In this document: in pieces, positions 1 to 11,513 of the stretch | Layout: the number at the start of each line of letters is the position of its first letter | Position numbering within the stretch: position 1 is the first letter of the stretch | NCBI GenBank assembly: GCA_030704615.1 | Contig: CM060732.1 | Span: 12,090,001 to 12,154,000 of the forward strand | DNA length: 64,000 bases | Direction: 5' to 3' | From: Takakia lepidozioides | Lineage: Eukaryota; Plantae; Bryophyta | Notes under the pieces: model-generated | Database searches by the model: none | The model's input: the letters and a program-made list of their open reading frames with translations, nothing else | What the model was told of the DNA's origin: nothing | Translations under genes and position numbers: made by a program

Positions 1-294
1 AAAATAAAAAAAGGAACGGGGCAGGGGTTGGAACTTACGTGGTAAGTGAGAGCGTGAAGGGGGAGGAGGGTTGGCGAGGGCAGCAGTGGCGCTTCATGGG
101 TGAGAAAGATGTTGAACTGGCGAGCAACTGGAGCTGAGTCTACAGCTTGGGGAAGAGTGTTCCGAGATTGATGAGCCCGAGGGGGGAGAATTTGCAAATC
201 GGAAGAAGAGGATGAGTGGTTGGAGCCGAGTGGGTTGTAGGAGGGTTGTTCATTGATCCTTTTGCGTTCGATCTCTTTGTTTTGCTCATCCATT

Positions 295-1347
295 CACTAC
301 AGGAAAAGGGGGGGGTTTTCGACGTCGCGGCCATACCGCAGCCATGCCGCGGCGTCGTAAAACAGCCCTTTTCGGGCAGGGGGGAAGAACCAAATTTGCG
401 ACGCCCGGGCGTCGGACAAAAAAAAAAAACCTACTATGCAATGTAAAATTATTATCGTCACTAAGGGCGCCCCAACGCCTCTGCGACGCCAGGGCGTCGC
501 AACAGCATCACCACAGTGAGAGGTTTTTTTTTTTTTTTTTTTTTTTTTGGGCTTTGCGGCCCTCAACTTCATAAAAGCGTCACTGGGGGCGCCCCGCACT
601 GGGACGCCCAATGTTGCGATGCCAGGGGGTCGCAATGGTGTTGTGGTCAGCTTAGGTCATCACAAGGACGTCGCTTGGGGCGTCTGGCGGTGGGGAGGTG
701 CAACAATGGCGACGACGCTGGGGCTGGGGCTGGGGCTGGGCACTAAGGCTGTGGAGGTTGCAACTCCCCGGCATCACAAGAGAGACCCCCTTAGAAGGAA
801 CTTGAAGAAAATCTTTATATGTATATATATAGATTGCTTTTGTGATACATAGATGTAGCGTAGGTGTGTTGGTTAGTTTGTAGTGTCTTAGAAATGTTAT
901 AACGTGGAGGTCTTAGGTTCAAGTATGCATTGCATGATATATGTAGAACAATGAACATATCGCCATTAGACAGAACCGGAGTCAATGGTCAACGCGGGGG
1001 TCGCAAAGTGCGACGCCCGGACGTCACAATTTAAGGGGGTACATTCGAATTTAGGCGGGAAAATTTGAATTTCAAAAACTTGTTGATCATTGACTCCGAC
1101 GCTTTTGCGACGCCGAGGCGTCGCAACATGGCAAGAAAAAAAATCCGTCGCAGCGAGGGCCCTCTTTCCCCCTTCATGCCACCTTACGACGGCTGGGCGT
1201 CGTAATGGTGTCGCAACGACGGATCGGCGTCGCAAAAAAATGCCGCGGGCTCGGCGTCGCGGGCTCAGCACCGCGCGGGGTGTGGGGCGCAGCTGGCGTC
1301 GCAAACCACCCCCCCCCCCCCCCCCCCCCCCCCCATTTGTTGTAGTG
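295..1347. mobile_element. Non-autonomous CACTA (En/Spm) element, family A, copy 1
   Basis: Termini CACTACAGGAAA...TTTGTTGTAGTG; 3-bp TSD ATT (292-294 / 1348-1350); many palindromic GCGACGCCnnGGCGTCGC subterminal repeats; no credible ORF. Confidence 0.92.
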
Positions 1348-1833
1348 ATTTTGCTTTCCAGTACAGCATGTGCCATGGAGTAGGGTGAAGGCTGAGTGAA
1401 TCGTGTCCCTTGCTCGAATGGTAGCTAGATTTGTAGTTGGGAGCTGGTCATAGGGTGGCATACGAATCCAGAGACCTTTCCCCTCCAGACATTGACCAGG
1501 CATAGCCTTCTCTTCGATGAGTGCTAATATCTAGGTTGATGGTGTGAGGGCAGAAACCAGTCCAGGATATTGCCAATGTAGGATCCCCAGGTGATGAGTG
1601 TTTGAGCCTACAACGAGTAGTTTATATTGTACTTGTGCAGAATCGTTTGGATTTTCTCTTTGAGTGTTGGAATGGGGTCATTGTCGATGGGGCAATGGCC
1701 ATGTATTACTGCACATCTGCCGTGGTGATCCAATGGGACTCCAAACCAATCTCATAAGGAGTAGTGGCGAGGAGGGCAGGTTGCGGTGATCTCCTAAACA
1801 TGAGGGGGGTAATGCACGTTGCCTTGGGGTCTG

Positions 1834-3477
1834 TCACAGGTCGCAACCGCGTAGAACAAGGTTTGGATAGGAGCGGAGTTGGGCACATTTCCTTGCAATG
1901 ATTGGATTAATTGCAATGGTAGTCCTACCCCGACTTGGTGCCATTCCTGCTGCCTTTGATCTTGCTTGAAGATGGGCTTGAGATGTGGATGAGCTGACCT
2001 TGGGGAAGCGACGTTGAATGTGGTTGGGCTGAGAAGTAGGCTGGCCCTGTGCTGGCCTACCCTTGGTGGGGTCCGCTTCAACAACCATGGGGTCAATATG
2101 TTCCTTGCGCCTTTTCCCTACTGGGGATGATGAGGACTGCTGTAGATTGCCATCCCAGTCATCTTGAAGAGGGGATTGCAGAGAGACATTGTTAGTTGTG
2201 GTGGCAACAGGGATTTTAGGAATCATGTCAGTTTGAATAGGTCCCCTGCTAGAGTAATGAGGAGGGGCCTCTGCTTGTGAACTTGGAGAGCTTTGCTTTG
2301 TAGCTCTTTTGCGTTTTGCTTTAGGACAATCCACCCTAAGGTGACCAGACTGTCCGCAGGAGTAGCAAACTGAGAATGAAGTGTCCTCCGTGATTTTGAC
2401 CGAGAAGTAATTCCCCTCCACATCAATGGGCAATCTATTGAATTGGGGCAAGATTGCATCTGCTGGCATGGAAACCACGATCTTTGCAAACCCATTGTCA
2501 TTGATCCTCGAAGCAATGGTTGCACCTCTCCAGGCTGGATCTTTAGCGAACTCCTTGGTACACATTCCACCCCCTGCCCCCTCCCAACATCCTTGTCACA
2601 CCACCCCCCTTGTCACTACAGGAAAAAGGGGGGTTTTGTGACGCCTCGGCCATGCCGTGGCGTCGCAAAACAGATAAAAAACGGAGAGGCATCCCAAAAA
2701 CATCCCAAAATGGTTGCCAATTTCCGGAAGGCAGAAGAGATACTGATTTGGGATATAGGGGAGGGCAATGACTCGAGGGGCCCACACTTTGCCATTGCGG
2801 TTGCCCAATGCCGCAGACCATGGAAATATGTTGATATTAAATCCTTGGAGGTGTGGGTTGAACGAGTGAGCTTTATCTGCCGTCTCTTGAGTTGCCAACA
2901 GAATTGAGTAGGAACCTTTGCCCCTGCGATGGCAAAAATGCTGCTTCAAGTCTCCCGACCCTCCCAAGAGTCTTATGGCCCAGTCCCTAGCATATACCCT
3001 GTCAACCTTTTTGCCTCGAAAATTCAAGAGGACACCCCTTCCCTGGATGTCAGAGACTTTGTCATTAATGTAATCGAAATCCACTTTGACCAATGGATCG
3101 TCTTCGCTCATAGCAAGCTGAAGGTCCGATGGATTCTCAATACGCTCGGGCTGCATGTCCTTGGAGTTATCTCCATGAGCATGAATGTTGTCCAAAGGAC
3201 TGAAAGAGGATCCACAGTGATATTGCATGTGAATTGGCTCGGAAACTTGAGAAGGCTTCGAGGAAGGCCCTGGGGGGTGATACTGGGTAGGAAGATCAAC
3301 CAACCTAGGGACTCTGATGTGAGCACTGAGATTGGTGTAGAAAATCATCTTGCCAGGGCATCCTAGTTTGGGCCTGATGTGCCATGAAGAAACCAATACC
3401 GGAAGAAGGTTGCGATTTGCGAGAAACAGGAAGGCCATTGTAGTTCTTGTGGCTGGGATTGACGCCCTTAAAACCAC
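1834..3477 (-). pseudogene. L1-type LINE ORF1 remnant (RRM-like region plus CCHC zinc knuckle)
   Basis: ORF 1834-2565 contains CYSCGQSGHLRVDC followed by a basic/low-complexity tail; ORF 2596-3477 resembles the N-terminal half of plant LINE ORF1; broken near 2614. Confidence 0.6.
2614..2673 (+). mobile_element. Isolated left terminus of CACTA family A
   Basis: CACTACAGGAAAAAGGGGGGTTTTGTGACGCC...GGCGTCGCAAAACAG matches the left ends at 295 and 30543; no right end nearby. Confidence 0.85.
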
Positions 3478-4218
3478 TGCTCGGAAATGGACCCATTGGA
3501 CACTTTGAAAGTGACAGGGAGCTGAGATTGAGAGAACGCGAGAGCTAGTAGGACCGCGAGAAGAGAACTGGAGTAGCGAGAAGGAAGAGAATTGACAAAC
3601 CGAGAAGAAGGGAACTGCAGGAGTGCTTCACCTGACAGAGAAAGAAAAGCCCGCAGGCTCCAACTGTAGAAGGTTAGATACCGGGTAGAGATGAGGAAAG
3701 GTGGAGCTATAGAATTGAGGAAAAAGAGCGAGACGCTGCAGATCTCTCTCAATGCGCGCGGCAAGGGGAGGAGAATACTGAAGGATACAGAGGTTGTCAG
3801 CTGCCCAGTAGCGAGAGATGAATGAGGGAAAGTTTGGAGCCTGTGAGGGGAGGGGAAACTTTGTGAGTACAGCTGCAAGGCGGCTGTGAGTTATGGAGGA
3901 GATAATATACGAAGCCTTTATAACACTATCATTAAAAAGGTTTTAAAGGGAGAAGGATTTATGCCCCCCTGATGAAGGAGCACAGAAGCCTTGAACCAGC
4001 CTGGATAGACACACCTCCGAGAAGACGAAGTAGGCGATGGATCCGTTGAGCTTACTCTCCCTCATGCACTCTCTCTCATCGCAAAACGTGGAGCTATATC
4101 ACGCTCACCGATCTCAATCCCTCTATATTCTGTTTGTTTATTTGTTAAAATTAAAATTTGGACTCGACTTGCTACACTGGCCCATGGGTAGGGGGTACAA
4201 AGGGCTATGGACCTAGCA

Positions 4219-4370
4219 ACCGGGTCGTCCGGGTCCGGTTGGTTCCCGGTCCATTTTAGAAATGAAACCGGATCAGGCCGGGTTTCTGGTGACGACGCAG
4301 GTCAGGGTTATCCGGACCCTAACCCGCCGGATACCCGGGCCAAAACCCGGACCCACACAACAGTGCTCTA
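4219..4370. mobile_element. hAT-like MITE terminus
   Basis: Clustered ACCCGG/CCGGGT subterminal motifs ending in ...CAGTGCTCTA (TAGAG... on the minus strand); partner end not identified. Confidence 0.45.
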
Positions 4371-4439
4371 TACCTCTGTAGGATTGGAAATGGTGTCATC
4401 TTTTGAGCAATGTTGTTGACAAGAATAGATCTAAGTTAA

Positions 4440-5605
4440 TCATAATTTTAGCTTTAGTTCGTAACTTTCTGTGGGGTGCTTCTTCAACATCCCCCAGCCG
4501 TAGAGCGTTGGTGAGTTGGGCCCAAATTACTCAAAAGAAAAAGTATGGAGGTCTTGGGATCATAGATCCCCACTCTCAGGCAAAATGGGTGCCAAGAACT
4601 TTTACCAACTCCTCTCCTTGGAATTTTCTGGTCAGACAGCATATTACGGACTCAGTGCCCTCTCCTACTTACTTGTGGCCTGCCTCCTTGAAATGGGTGG
4701 GGTTCAAGGTTCCTCTGCCATGTCTGCTCAGCTCGGGTCTAAAGCTTGGCAGTCCATTTGGGATGCCTGGCTGCGTATAAGGCCCAATCTCTTTCAAAGA
4801 ATGCCTTCCTTCCCTGAAGAAGCCCAGAGACAACCACTGTTTGCTAGTTTCAATGCAGATTCGGACTTGCTACTTCAATGCTCCAATCATTAGGGGAGAT
4901 GGGAAAACTTGCAGCATCTCCTATTTTTCTCACATCTGGAATAATGGTTTTCCTGGTTCCACTTCCTCTGGAATCTGCCGAACTGGGTCTCTCTTCTTGT
5001 GCTTTCAATAATAGTAGGAATTCTATTGTCAATGAAATTCCGGATTCGTGGATTCATCTCACATCACTCCCTGCCAACCTCAGATCGCTTCCAGCTTGGT
5101 TGGGGTTTATGATCATTCAGGCTTCTTTTGCTTTCCTTGCTTTATACAAGAATCTAAAGGACCTGCAAGGTTGGAAGTTCCAGGTTGACCTGATTGGCAA
5201 TCTGCACTCTCCCTACTGGGGTGAATTACCTAAGAAGGATTTATTCCTCATCCATGTTTTTTCATTGTTTAAGGGAAGTATTGATCCCCTTCCTCCCGCT
5301 TATATCATGCACTATGACAATTCCTGTAGATGGTTCCTCTCAGCTCCTTTGTGTCTTCTTCAATTTGACCCATGGAAATGGTTTTCGATGTCCAAGAATC
5401 ATGACCCATTCTTCGCCTATTCTGTGAAACTTTGTTATTCCCTGTTGAACCCCTCTACTTCCTTTGATGAAAAGCTTAGTCATAAATGGATGCATCTTCG
5501 TGGTGGGGTGGCTTCGTGGAAAACTGTGTGGAAGGATGTCTGGCGGAAAGATAGATTAGTCAAAATATGTGGTTTCTTATGGAGGATTGCTAATCGTATT
5601 CTGCC
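4440..5605 (+). pseudogene. L1-type LINE ORF2 C-terminal region (post-RT, start of zf-RVT), frameshifted
   Basis: VRNFLWG...LVSWAQI..KKKYGGLGIIDP and WKDVW...KICGFLWRIANRILPV motifs; cut by an LTR at 5606. Confidence 0.85.
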
Positions 5606-6231
5606 TGTCAATGACGAGAACATGACTGAACACAAACAAGATATCAAACCAGAGGTACAAGACTAGACAAGAAGTCAAGGTCGGTGTGGCCGAATGCATG
5701 ATGGGTAAACATGAATCAAGATGATCTTTATAACAATGGACAAGAGTACAAGATACTGGAACTCGACTCGAATACTGGAATACTGGAAGTTGGACTAGGG
5801 TACCAGATACTGGAAACTGGACTAGAGTACTGGGACTGGGAACAAGAGTAACTTGAACTTGTGTTGGCGAGACTGAAGAGTGTCCAGTCTTGCCTCCTAT
5901 ATATATTGGCTACTAAGAAGTTCTCTAAGAAACTTCCCCAATAAAGGTTTCTTGATGGAGAAGCTTCCAAGGTTAAACAAAGGTTTCTTGATGGAAAAAT
6001 TTCCTTAAACAAAAGAGGTATCTTGATAGAGAAGTTTTCTCCAAATGAAGCTTAATGAGCAGTTTCCCAAGTTACTTTCGATAATTCGATAAACTCCCGA
6101 TAGCTTGGTAATTAATGGTAACTTATTGTAAATCATGATAGATCACGGTTAATCATGATAACTTTCGATAACATGGTAACTTGATAACTTCTGGTATTTA
6201 CTCCTACTAGCTCTGGGCTATGTCCGTGACA
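5606..6231 (-). repeat. 3' LTR of Gypsy A
   Basis: TGTCA...TGACA inverted termini; polypurine tract at 6232-6244 on the minus strand. Confidence 0.85.
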
Positions 6232-8719
6232 TCACCCCTTCCTCTAGCGCCGAGTTCCTCGAGGAGCGGTAAAATCTTGGACTTGCTTAGAGTTGGAGAA
6301 AATCCAAAATCCGGCGAATGGTACTTGCCAAGTATTCGGCTCTTCGTTCTTGACTCAAATGATTTATAGGTCCCTGCAACCATCGATAGTGTCCAACACC
6401 TTGAACTTGGGACCACGTAGTGATTTGAGCATTCTGATTTTCGAAGCTGCCTTCAAACATGATTTCGTTGCCCTTTGGGTTTGAAGCCTCAACCTCCAAC
6501 AGGATTATCAGACTTCGAGTAGGCTCCACTTGCCGTCGTACGGGGTCCAGACGAGGAAGTACACGTCGCATTGGTGGCCCATCATTTCGAGAGCATCGAC
6601 GTGATGTTGAAGGTCGTGAGAGTCGGAACGGCTGATCTGGTAGTTGGGTAAGCGACAGTTCCAATGTATCTAGTTCATGTGACTCCATGCTGCCAATACA
6701 AGATGCAAAGAGTGCTGGAAGTGTAGCTATATATACTGATGTATGGTGCTCCTCCCTCCTTAGCGTATATCAGGTATACTGAATGTGGAGTCTTCACCTT
6801 GAAGCTAACTTGGCTGACATCATCGTTGTGACGTTTTATTGACGTGTAGCTCGGGGCTTAGCTGGATATCGTTGATGAAACTCTTGGACTTTGTCAGATG
6901 CATTGGCGAGGTTGGATGAAGGTTCCCACGTTCGTTCGTTGATGTCGTAGGCTTTCCAATGTACGAAATACTCAAGACGTTTATACTTGATGCGAGAGTC
7001 TAGGACTCATCGACTTCATACTCGATTTCCTGATTGACTTCGATTGGTGGAGGTGGTACAGAAACTCTCCCTAGAATATTCGATAGATGATACAACTCCA
7101 ATAATGAAACATGAAAGACTGGATGGATGCGCATACTTCGTAGGAGTTCAAGCCGAAAACTGACCGGATTTATTTGTCGAATAATTTTGAATACTCCCAG
7201 ACGTTGATAATCCAACTTCCTTGATGGTCGCGAGGTTTGTATGTCCCGTCGAAGAAGCCACACACGATCTCCGATCTTGAACTGGGGTTGGAGTTGGCGA
7301 TGTTGATCTGCATAATCCTTATATTATTTTTGAGCTTCTGCGAGGTGGAATGTAAGCTCATTGTGAATCGTAGCAAGATGAGTAGCAAGGTTTTCTACAG
7401 CAGGGTTTCCGACAGTCTTCATGTGGAAAGGGTTTGCTCGAGGATGATGACCATAATTGGAAAAAAATGGAGTCTGTTTGGTCGAAGAATGTATAGTGTT
7501 GTTGTAGGCAAACTCAGCCAAGGTCAGTCTGTGAATGATTAGCTGTAGGTAACCGTCTTATTACATGGAATGAAATGTGTCATCTTCGTAAAACGATCCA
7601 CAATAACAAGGATTGAGTCGGTGGTCTTGGAAATTGGAAGGTCCGTAATAAAGTTTATAGACAATGACAACCATGGACCCTTGGGAATGGGTAATGGTTG
7701 AAGAAGGTCGTAAGGTCGATGTCGTGGTCCCTTCGCCCTAGCACACGTGTCACAAGATTTTATAAATTATTTCACGAGTTTCCACATCTGCGACCACCAA
7801 TAGTCCCTGGATATCAATTCCATTGTTTTGTTGAAGCCGAAATGTCCTGTAGCCGGAAGATCATGACATGCTTGAAGAATTCAAAGTAGTGTAGGTCCTG
7901 GAGGTACATAGAGAAGTCCCTCGAAATAAAGTAAGCCATTTTTGAATTCGAAGTCGTTTGTAACATGTGGGTTGTCTCGAGGTCGATTTAGTTGACTTCG
8001 TAGTGTCGTAGCAAATTGGTCGCTCTTCAGTGCTTCCTGAATCTCCTTTATGATCTCTGCATCGTTATAGGTGGACATGTATAGAATATTCAATTGGAGG
8101 TTTGTTGGTTTCCAGATGATGGATTTCTGTTGGTCGAAAGTTGTCTCCCTTTTTTTCGGCGCAAGATACGATCGTCGAGAAAGAGCATCGGGTTTCCCTT
8201 GAAGATATCCGGGGCGATAGGTAATAACAAATCAAACCTTGTTAGTGACATACCCCATCTTGCTTGACGTTGATTCAAAACACGAGCACTCATAAAATAT
8301 TCGAGATTTTTGTGATCGGTGTAGACAGTGACCTGATGTTTAGCTCCCTCCAATAGATGACGTCACTCCTCAAAAACATCGATGATCGCTAGAAGTTCTT
8401 TGTCATAAATTTCATAATTGATTTATGCAGCGGAAAATTTGCGAGAAGAAAACCAACAGGGTGAAGTCGGCCATCCGTACCGTATTGAGAGAGTATAACA
8501 CCAAGTACAAAGTCTCATGCATCTGCTTCCAAAAAGAATGGTTTAGATGGGTCTGCATGTACCGGTATTGGAGCCGTTGTAAATGCATGCTTCAGCCTTT
8601 CAAATGTCTGGTCAGCCTTCTCGTCCCATACAAATTTGTCCTTCCCTGTGAGTCGTGTCAATGGTGCAGCAATTTGGGAGTAGTCATTGATGAAGATTCT
8701 ATAGAAATTTGCAAATCCA
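5606..8719 (-). mobile_element. Gypsy A: 3' half of a degenerate Ty3/gypsy chromovirus (Tcn1-like)
   Basis: pol remnant from GFANFYR through RNase H ([11 protein letters not shown]), integrase (VDRFTKM, AEFAYNN), GPY/F region and chromodomain (EYEV...YFVHWKAY...TWEP); PPT GAGGAAGGGGTGA next to the 3' LTR; 5' half absent. Confidence 0.9.
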
Positions 8720-8867
8720 TCTTAATCCCCTGCCCTATTTGGACATGGGAATTTCACCAAACAGGATAAAACACTATATATATATACATGTAAGCCCAAA
8801 AATGGAGAAAGATTTGGGTTTACTTGAACAAAGTGGATCCATGAAGAGTGATTGGTCTCATTTGCAA

Positions 8868-9230
8868 GAGGGTAGCTACCGTGTGAGCAGTTCATGTGAG
8901 CATGCTCACGCTTTAAGTGGTAAACGTGAGTAGAATCCCTTAAGCGTGAGCAGATTGCAAACGTGAGCAGATTAGTGAATGGGAGCCTACAACCGAGGGA
9001 AGAAGATGACCTATTGCCATGGACAAAAACTACACTGTACGGACACAATCTCCACCCCATCCGACGGAAGAATCCTTCATGGGTGACGACCATATGGTAC
9101 GAATGTGCGATGAAAAGCTGCAGGTTAAATGGTTTTGAGATGAATGAAAAAATGAATGGATGAATGTTGGATGACTTTTGGATGAAAAATGAGCGACATG
9201 AATGAACCATGGTGCGTGTGCAGGTGCTCG
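8868..9230. mobile_element. Putative DNA-transposon left end (GAG/GGG terminus, GTGAGCA and GGATGAA subterminal repeats)
   Basis: GAGGGTAGCTACCGTGTGAGCAG is an imperfect inverted match to the end at about 16205; the repeat motifs are mirrored at 15960-16205; no TSD found. Confidence 0.45.
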
Positions 9231-11513
9231 AGATTAAGGTATACGCTCGCAATATTACTTACGCAGCATAGACACGAAAGAACAGAGCAGAGCTTTTCTC
9301 TTGAGCGATGCTTGCAAGCCCCGCAAGCTTACAAGAAATTACCTATAGTGTAGTGTGAATGCAGGGGAGTAACATTGAAAATTTTGTTGGGCATCAAATT
9401 ACGGCATTGGTGAAGAAGGGAGTGCCTGGTACTAATGTCGGGAGGGAATTACCCAGGCCTACAGGTAATTCCATGGGAACACTATGCTCTTGCTCTGCCA
9501 GGTCAAAATATGGCTAAGTCATAACATGCGCATTTTCATCCTTGGAATGAATGATTTTCGTCGCGTATGTTTAACCTAGAAACTCGAGCTGAGGAAAACG
9601 AGGAGGAAGACGACGGACAACTCTTCACAGCTGCTGCCATAGTGTTGTCAGGCAGGCTGGCTTGGGAACTTACACCTGCACCATGTGAATCAGCTTGCCT
9701 TAAAGACGTTAAGGGATCTGCTTGGCATTTTGTGCAAAGAGAAGCGGTGCCTCTTTCTGCGTGGTGACAATCAATTTTGAAAGCTGAGCAGGTGCTAAGA
9801 GCGGTGCACTACCGCTGCCGCCATTGTCTTGAAGAGTACAGTTATGAGGAGATGGAGCGCAACAACAGCTGTTGGGGAATGAGAAGTGCAGGCTGGTGTG
9901 GATGCGACTCAGGTTATCTGTAATTAAAACTTGTAGTTGCCTTCTGTCTTAGAGCTGTAGGAGCACATCAATCCTTAGGGCAGAAGTACACATGTAGAGG
10001 GATAGGGTAGAGGTTGGCAAGCACAAGGATGTTGCCAGCTGATGAAGCAAGCCGTCATGACATGATGAGAACTGGAATCAAGATGAGGAGAAGCGTTGAA
10101 TATGGCTGATGACAGCGATGGTGAGGTGCCAGCTTGGCAGGCAGAACCACCGCTTCACACGAGTATAAGACAGATAAGTTCTAAGAGTGTTGGCTTCTCT
10201 TTTGGGGCACTTAGGAATGACTTTGTGAAGTTTTTGGAACTGTCTCTTGTATCTGCTGAAGGGGACAGAAATGTGAGGAGTAGAAAGGCCTTTGAAAATG
10301 GAATGAAGACACTGGAATTCAAACCAGGATAGGGTGGAGATGGATGCACCTGTTGTTACACTGTCATTAGGAAAATGAGAGAGGGGACAAGGATATCTCA
10401 CCTCAGGGTCAGAATGGTTGTTGTTGTTGTGTTCCTTTTCTTTATTTTCAGTGTCTTCAGCCAGCATAAGCAAAACAGCCCTGGATGTTAAAACAGTGGA
10501 GCCAGTGTAGAACTAGCTTGGTGGATAAAGGAGAACAGGGATGGTCAGACAGAAACGGATTTGAAGAACTGAGAGGGATGACGTGGATGGGGAAGAAAAG
10601 TCAATACTGTTTTGGGGTTTGGATCTGATTCATAGAAGTGTTCTCAACATGTGAATGACTGAGGTTTGCATTTGAGGAGAAAAAGAGAGCTGTCAGGGTG
10701 TGTGATTTGAGATCTGTAGAAGGGTTGTGAAGCACCTTGGCCAAATAGGATCCACTTGGGGAAAGATAGTGCAAGGACCAGTCACTGGAGAGAGAGAAAA
10801 AGAGAAAGACCGACAGAGGGCAGATCATGTCTTGTAACCAAGGTTGACTTCAATGATGGATGCACTGGATGCCTGGCTGGATGTGCATTTGCATTGCATC
10901 ATAGCCATGCTGTTGTGGAAAAAGTGAGGAATCCACACACGAAGGAAAAAGAGTTTGAGAGAAAGAAAAGGGAGAAAGGGTTGATAAGGGATGGACAAAT
11001 GGAGAGGCAAGGTCAAGAAGACATGACCCCTGAATGATCAAACTAGTGGGCCTGCAGTTCATGGCAGATCTGAGCTGCCCACCCACCTAGACCGTGATCT
11101 CATTACAAAAAGGGGCTTCCGACGTGTTGCAAAACAAGGGAACTGCCCACAAGGGCAGTGTTTATCACTGACATAGGGCTGATTGCATCACTGAATACAT
11201 CGCACCAACATAGTTGGTGCTGTACCTGCAGGTAGAGGATGTTGTGTAAAAGGTAGAACCAAGAGTGAACAACAATTTGACTCCCCATCCATGTCTTCTC
11301 TTCCGCTGCGGCGTGGATGAGGATTGCTTGAACTCTGATCACGAAGGACCTGAGGGAAACCCACAGCCAAGTGACGACAGTTGGACAGATTAGAAGAACG
11401 TTCTCTCTTTTGCTCCGCTTAGAATGGAAGGAAGCACAATTAGAATTATATAGAAGGGGATTCACGCCCCTTCTTTTCACACTACAATAGCTTTCTGTGG
11501 CAACCATACGTTT

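Noticed and set aside
140-1503. Many short overlapping ORFs with poly-K/F/G/P runs
   Set aside because: They are translations of CACTA subterminal repeats and homopolymers
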